From Scyliorhinus canicula (taxonomy: Eukaryota): a DNA stretch of 64,000 nucleotides. This document shows positions 57,326 through 64,000 of this stretch, one piece after another (within the stretch, counting starts at the first letter, position 1; the number at the start of each line of letters is the position of its first letter). A program made the translations under genes and the position numbers. The notes beneath the pieces are model-generated. The model did not search any database. It was not told where the DNA came from and saw nothing but the letters and a program-made list of their open reading frames with translations. Where the stretch lies: positions 799,072 to 863,071 of the forward strand of contig NW_024055447.1 in assembly GCF_902713615.1 (NCBI RefSeq), written 5' to 3'.

Positions 57326-58027
57326 CTATCAGCTGGGGAGTGATTGCGGCTGGTTCTCTCCAATCACATTCCAACTCTGACTGTGTGTTTTGGTCTTTCT
57401 TACTCACTTTCTCTACGTCACATTGTCAGCCATTCTGCTTCTTTCTCCGTTTAAATCGTTTTGCTTCGATCTCAGTGTTTACAACCTTCCTGACGTAGAT
57501 ATTTTACGCTAATTATGGTGAAAGGTTAAATAAATATCTTATAATCAGTCAAGTGCCATCCAGTGCATGAAATATAATGCATAATTATTGATTTAAAGGT
57601 TCCCGGGATAAATAGTCACCCAATTCCACACCAAGATGCGTTTCCACTGGGGTCTCTTGCACCGGTAAAGTACTGATTTCAGTCAGTATTTATTTCTGCC
57701 CTAGGGAATTTAGAATGTGACATCTCTGAAATTAGATCACTTTTAAAAGGTACGGCCTGATATGTTGTCATCTGATCTAGAACGTTTAAAGTTACAGATA
57801 TATTCAGTTGTTCACCCGGGAGACTTGCAGGTTTGTGCGAATGAGGTTTGAAAATGATGGAATCTGATCCTGGAGTTAGAAACATGATACATTTTCCAAC
57901 AGCGACAATCATTGAACTCAGGGGGGGAGGGGGGGGGGGCGGTAGAGAACCATTCAAATGGTGTTCATTATCTGAACATTGTCTATGGGAATTCCTGATA
58001 CCGAGCCCTTGATTGTCGACCTGCTCC

Positions 58028-58066
58028 AGTTTTTGTATGAGCCCCGCCGGCCCCTCATCCACTGTG
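58028..58066 (-). other. 23-RSS of V-i
   Basis: CACAGTG + 23 bp + ACAAAAACT. Confidence 0.95.
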
Positions 58067-58549
58067 GGTCTCAGCGCGCAGTAATACACGGCGCTGTCTG
58101 TCATCTTCAAATCTGTCACAGACAAGTGAAAAGTGCTTTGTGTCGGGTTGAGATTCCCGCTGAAGTGTTCAAAGCCGGGAGCCGTCTCGTTAAACCCATA
58201 TCTGTCGGTTCTGAGCAGATACTGGGGAGCTCGGTGTGGATACTGGCGATACCAGAAGACGTAATAGCTTGTAGCTGAACTCGATACCGAGTAACTGCAG
58301 GGTATGGCTGAACCTTCACCCTCTTCTGCGTCGACTCGTTGTTCTTCCTGAGACACTGAGTCTCCCTTACTCATCCCTGAAAATAAACAACAGACACAAA
58401 GCGGGTTAGAAGGAGGAACGTCAGGAGGAGGAGTACCAGGACATGGAAATAAGAATACATTTGGGAATTGGGGGATTTCGAACAGCGGTTCAATATAACA
58501 AACCTGTGGTCAGGACAATGACCAGAGACAGGCAGCGTGACAGCCCCAT
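58067..58549 (-). CDS. TRAV/TRDV: TCR alpha/delta V gene segment V-i (intact; inverted paralogue of V-a)
   Basis: Leader 58549-58504 MGLSRCLSLVIVLTTG|gt; V exon 58376-58067 (310 nt, same length as V-a) with AIPC, VFWYRQ and DSAVYYCALR. Confidence 0.93.
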
Positions 58550-58753
58550 GGTTCGTGTCTGAACTCCAGAAACAGAGACAGTTTTCACTGACTGTATCAG
58601 AGCTGCAATTGGAGAAGATGATGGAGAAGATGAAGATGAAGTTCTGGAGATGTTATGAGTTCGAATCCGATTTCTTCGCTCCGCCCACTTTCACGTCTTA
58701 AAACAGTCGCTTCCTCTGGAACTGGTCGGTGATGTTTGATAAGTGATCAGAGA

Positions 58754-58767
58754 GCGCCCTCCTGTGG
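58754..58767 (-). promoter_or_regulatory. CTCF-like motif upstream of V-i
   Basis: CCACAGGAGGGCGC, 205 bp upstream of the ATG; homologous to 32225-32238. Confidence 0.5.
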
Positions 58768-60329
58768 ACAGAACAACCGCCCATTGGAAACACACACGGC
58801 CACGTGCAAAGACATGGACGTAAAACATCCATACAGACATGCACAGACACTGAAATAAATTCCAACAAGTGTTGACATGATTTTCGATTACGTATGAGTC
58901 TGAATTGTCAACGATGAAAGTAAGTGAATAGGTCCACCTCCCGTGTTCAGCAGGAGCCTCGTTTACAGCACAAAATCAACACAAACGTAGACATGCTGAT
59001 AAATAAACACAGTTATAGATCCCCAAACTGATCTCTCAAACAGACGCACAGACAACCACTAAGGTAGATAAGGAACCAGATTAACACAGCCATAGAAACA
59101 CAAAAGAGAAATGCCATCGGAGACACTATCAGAATCCTTGGACGTTTCAGAGTGAGCTTTCTAAAATGGAATCCCTAAGGTTGTCAGTGTGGTAATGTGT
59201 TAGATAGTAATCCTGGGATGTATTTTTCATTAACCATGAGGATCGATTTATAAAAACGACTACACAGAGGACTCTTTTGGAGAAAAGTTTTGAATGGATG
59301 GGTTTATATTTTGCAGACAGGTGCATTCTGGATGCATCCGTGATGTGAATGAGGCTGGTGAGGAAAGGATACAAGCTGCACCCATTCCCGAGGTCTTGGA
59401 TCGGATTTTAGGCAAACATGTTGACAGCACAAGAAGACTGATTCCGTGGGCGGCCGGTAAGTGGGGTTCACGCGGACAGCGCCAATGTTCACAGGCAACT
59501 CATTGAAATCCCATTGTTGTTTTGATGCAGAAAGTCTCAGGGATTCTATGTCTTAAAGGAAACCTGTCAAATTCTTCTCATTCTGTCTGTAAATTGGACA
59601 TTCTGAATTCTCCCTCCGTGTACCCGAACAGGCGCCGGAGTGTGATGACTAGGGGCGTTTCACAGTAACTTCATTGCAGTGTTAGTGTACGTCTACTGTG
59701 ACACTAATAATGAATATTGTTATGAAATGAGGCTAAAGCGTTCAGAAGGGATGATGTGGAGTCGAAATGAATACAGAGCAGTAAATGTTCATTTCCTTTC
59801 AAGCAATGGAAATAATTAATCAGGATTTTAACTTTGATTAATTTCACTTCAGGTTTAGGTTATTAGGTCTATTCAATTGCTCAGATCATCACATTTCAAC
59901 ATGTGGTTCCCATAGCTGCACATTCCCCCGTTCAACTAAGGTAATCAGAAAAATAAATTAACAGCACTTGAGGCGCTTTGCCATTTAGCTGACTTTAACC
60001 TACACTAATCTGCAATTAGCTGCAACTTGAATTTTGGGACCACCAGTGAAGGTGATGAACTGGTACATCAGTGGAAATGCTTTGTTGATAAATTAAGCCG
60101 TGCGAGGATTTATTAAGGGCAAAACGTGATTAATTAAGTTGTTTAAGTGTTCAGATGAGAAGCAGAGATGGTTGATCTGAGTATTGCTGTTGATGAACTT
60201 CCAAATAACATTTGATAATGTGCTGCAGCGCCACCTTGTGAGCAACAATGGAGCTCCTGGGGAAAAATGGGCAGCAGCAAGATCGAAAGGAAATTTCCAG
60301 GAAACAATTAACAGTGTCGACCAGCTGTT

Positions 60330-61480
60330 TTTCGGAGTGAAGGGAGATTTGTAGTGAATGTTCCAGGGATCAGCATTGCGGCATTTTATATGACATATTA
60401 ATGACCTGGACCTTGGCTGAGAGGGGCGATTTTCAATATCTATGGATTATATGAAATGTGACAACATTGCGAACCATCAGTCGGATAATGTACAACTTCA
60501 AAACAACAAGAACAGGTTTGTGGAATGGGCGGGAAATTGGCAGATTAAATTTAGTGCAGAAAAGTGTGAAATAATTCAAATGTCCTGCAGAATGCAGAAA
60601 GGCAAAATAAAATAAAACGAATAATTCAGGATCGGAGGGAGCTTTGACAAAGGGTCATCTGGACTCTTTTCTCTCCTTCCAGATGCTGTAATAATAATAT
60701 TCACTGTCACAAGTAGGCTTACTTTTCAATGAAGTTACTGTGAGAATTGCCAGACCTGCTGAAATTTTCCAGCATTTTCTCTTTTGGTTTTTGATTCCAG
60801 CATCCGCAGTAATTTGCTTTTATCAGAGGGACCTGTATGTATGTGTTGATAAATTACTGATGAGGGTAGGACAATTGTAAGACCGGTCATTAAAACAATT
60901 AATGGGAATTATCAATGGGTATATAAAATACAGAGGAAAGGACATTACGTTAAACTTGTATTATATCCTGAACCCACTGAACTGAAGCAGTATGGGTATC
61001 ACACTTCGGGGAGAATGTGAGTCATTAGGGTGGGTGCAGAAAATGCTCACGGGAATGGCTCCAGAGATGAGCAACTTAATCTACGAAGATAGATTGGACA
61101 AGTTGCGACTATTTCCCTTGACCATTAGGTTACGAAGTGATCTGACGGAGATATTCAAAATCATGAGGACTCTAGACAGAGTAGATATGGAGGAACCTAT
61201 CCCACTGGTGAGAGGGCCGAGTACCTGAGGTCACAGATTGAAGGAATTGGGGAAATAAGCTTGGAGACATGAGGACAAACATTTTCAACCAGTGAGTGGT
61301 TAGGATGTGGACCGGACTGTTCGTTTGTGTGGTGGTGGTAGGGTTTATTGATGCTTTCAAAACAGAATTAGATTATAATCTCAAAAAGAAAAACAATGCT
61401 GGAGTACGGGGAAAATAATGGCATTCCGCAAATTGCATCATTAGAGGGCCGACGCATATATGTCGGTCCAAACGGCCTTC
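60330..61480 (+). mobile_element. Highly degenerate CR1 LINE RT/3' fragment
   Basis: Decayed WQIKFSAEKCEIIQ and WVQKMLTGMAPEMSNLIYEDRLDKLRLF motifs plus the 3' UTR gggccgac...ggcctt. Confidence 0.7.
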
Positions 61481-62099
61481 TTCTCTACTTAAAACACCCT
61501 CTGACTATGTTTAATGGGAACGGCAGTGGGTTAGCTAGCATGTCACTGGGCCAGTAATTGAGATGCCCAGCCTCAGTCATTGAGGCCGTGTTCAAATCCT
61601 GCTGCAGCTGACAGTGTGCTTGAAAAATGCAAATAGAATGGCCCTGTAACTTCCCAGGTAACATGGTGAACAAACGCTAGCCTTGCCTCTGAGGGCTACA
61701 TCTAATGAAATATATTTTTAAAATCAATAACTGCAATAGCAAGGTTTGGCCAGTTGATGGCAGTGACACCGTGATTGCTGACATTACATGAAGCAGAGAA
61801 TTTCTCAATTGTGACTGCCAAGGACCCTGGATACTGTCTCTTATATTAGGTTAGGTCAGGTTCCTGATTTTATGACAGCAGTTCTCAGTTGTTACTGTGG
61901 TCAATCTCAGCTGTTAACATGATGAACTAAGGCCCATTTTATATTACACTGTATTGAGGAGGTTACGATAGCATGCAATCGGTTATTATAATGTCCATGT
62001 CTGAATTGTTACTTCAGTAGACTCAACTGATACTAACCAGAACTAGCTCCTGTTTGTATTACCTGAGCCACTGTCTCAGTTATTGCTTTACCTGAAGCT

Positions 62100-62720
62100 G
62101 CCACGTTCCTCAGGGTAGTGGTCTGGGCCCAACCATCTCCAGCTGCTTCATGAATGGCCTATTGTCCATCACAAGGACAAAAGTGAGGATGTTCGCTGGT
62201 GACTGCACAATGTTCAACACCGTTTGTGACTCATTAGATGCAATCCATGTCAGAATGCAGCAAGATCTGGACTATATTCAGGCTTGGCCTAACAAGTGGC
62301 GTGGAGGCAGTGGCCCGATCTCACAAGAGAAGATCGAGCCATCTCCCCTTGACATTCAATGGCATTACAACGGAATCCCCAGTATTAACATCCAGGGGCT
62401 GCCGTTGACAGGAAACTGAACTGGTGAACTCGCTGAACTAGCCATATAAATACTGTTGCGACCTGAATAGGTGAAAAGCGAGGAATCCTTCTGCAAGTAA
62501 CTCACTTCCTTACTCCCCAAAGCCTGTCCGCCATCTACAGGGCACAAGTCAGGAGTGTAATGGAATACTCTCCACTTGTCTGGATTAGTGCAGCTCCAAC
62601 AACACTCGAGAAGCTCTCCATCCAGGAGAGAGCAGTCCCCTTGATTGCTAACCCTTCTAAAAACATTAAATCAATCCGCACCGACGAATAATGGCAGCTT
62701 TCTGCCCCCACATAAAAGAT
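62100..62720 (+). mobile_element. Non-LTR retrotransposon RT fragment (same family as 660-2060)
   Basis: VPQGSGLGPT...VRMFAGDCTMFNTV...MQQDLDYIQAW. Confidence 0.8.
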
Positions 62721-63667
62721 GCAAAAGATACAGAAGTCTGAGAACACGCACGAACAGACTCAAAAACACCTTCTTCCCCGTTTTTACCAGACTCCTAAAT
62801 TACCTTCTAATAGACTGACCTCATTAACACTACACCCCTGTATGCTTCATCCGATGCCGGTCTTTACGTAGTTACATTGTGTCCCTCGTGTTGCCCTATT
62901 ATGTCATTTATTTTATTTTGTTTTATTTTGTTTTCACGAACTTAATCATCGGCTTGTACAAAAATACTTTTCACTGTACCTCGGTACACGTGACAATAAA
63001 CAAATCCATCCAGTCATCCACATTCAGCACTTGTATTTTCTTCCTTCAAGACTGTTTATTTCAGGTGAACCGAAGGTAAAAATCAATCTCACATCAATTA
63101 GGGATCAAGCTGTGTGTATTTTCTCGTCACACTCTGATCATCAGAATGTAATAAACATTTGTGGATAAGTAGGTGGCGTCAGACCAATCAGATCCAACTC
63201 ACCCAGCTCTTCCGCTCATTTGGTCCGTAGGTAGTGACATCAGAGCATCCTCAGCCAATGCTGTCAGCTTGATCTTGTTGCGTATTCGGCAGGATTCTGA
63301 GACAGAATTAGTCCCTGGAATCCAGGACCAGCAGGAATTCAGATCCCCGTTCCCGCTGTGATCTGGGTACCATTCATTGATGGTAAGACATTTAAAAAAA
63401 ATTTAAACTTAATTCCTGGAGCAATAAATTTGGAAATCAGTAGACCCGTGTAAAACCAGTATCGGACCTCCCTGAGAGCACACGAGTCTATGCCCCAGTC
63501 TCTTCCTTGCAGGAGTTTATGTTGGCAAAGCATGCACTATTTAGAGTGACGGCAACGAATTGGAGGATGGCATCTATCAGAAAGCAATGTAAATGCTCTG
63601 GGTTTTTTTCTGTACTAAGGGGAAGTCAACCTTGATGTCCCTACAATGATAATTCCACAGGTTCTAC

Positions 63668-63910
63668 ATCTCGATGCCAGAAATCGTTTTTTTTTAATTT
63701 AGAGTAGCCAATTGTTTGATTCCAATTAAGGGGTAATTTAGCATGGCCAATCCACCTGACCTGCACATCCTTGGGTTGTGGGGGTGAAACCCAAGCAGAC
63801 ATGGGGAGAATGTGCAAATTCCACATGGACAGTGACCCAGTGCCGTGTTCGAACTTGCGTCCTCAGCGCCGCAGTCCCAGTGCTAACCACTGCGCCACAT
63901 GCCGCCCTGG
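63668..63910 (-). mobile_element. V-SINE
   Basis: Reverse complement, from gggcggcatgtggcgcagtggttagc to aattaccccttaattgg. Confidence 0.8.
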
Positions 63911-64000
63911 TGCCAGAAATCTAAGCACCACCAAATTCTGTAACTGGGAGATCAGGAGTAACCAGTTGAGAAAGAGAGTCGGTAAAATGTGGCTCAAATT

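Noticed and set aside
32400-58600. NARTCR V, leaderless supporting V-delta, IgH-like/TAILV segments, and D, J or C segments
   Set aside because: All V domains look TRAV/TRDV-like; the intact ones have their own leaders. No 12-RSS, FGxG J motif or C exon was recognised by eye.

Overview
Non-coding-rich vertebrate DNA from a cartilaginous fish, probably a catshark-type shark (inferred from the SINE/LINE families). Positions ~32-59 kb are part of a germline T-cell receptor alpha/delta V-segment array. It contains six apparently intact V genes, two V pseudogenes and one small V remnant, in both orientations; seven of the eight full-length segments carry a 23-bp-spacer RSS and V-b a 22-bp one. No D, J or C segment and no NARTCR or IgH-like V was recognised. 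Between two V genes (48.4-56.2 kb) lies a rearranged tRNA cluster mixed with Penelope-like fragments. It holds Val and Arg genes and two tRNA-Pro(TGG) genes carrying an 18-nt insertion at the canonical 37/38 intron site. Other notable elements are one V gene with an apparently intronless leader, CTCF-like motifs upstream of several V genes, a 2-kb G-rich 24-mer array, and hammerhead-like motifs in Penelope-derived repeats. The first 30 kb is transposon-dense (CR1/L2-type LINEs, SINEs) and includes an old tandem segmental duplication, one copy of which carries a near-intact CR1 ORF2. Boundaries of transposon fragments are approximate. All comparisons were made by eye; no database searches were run.
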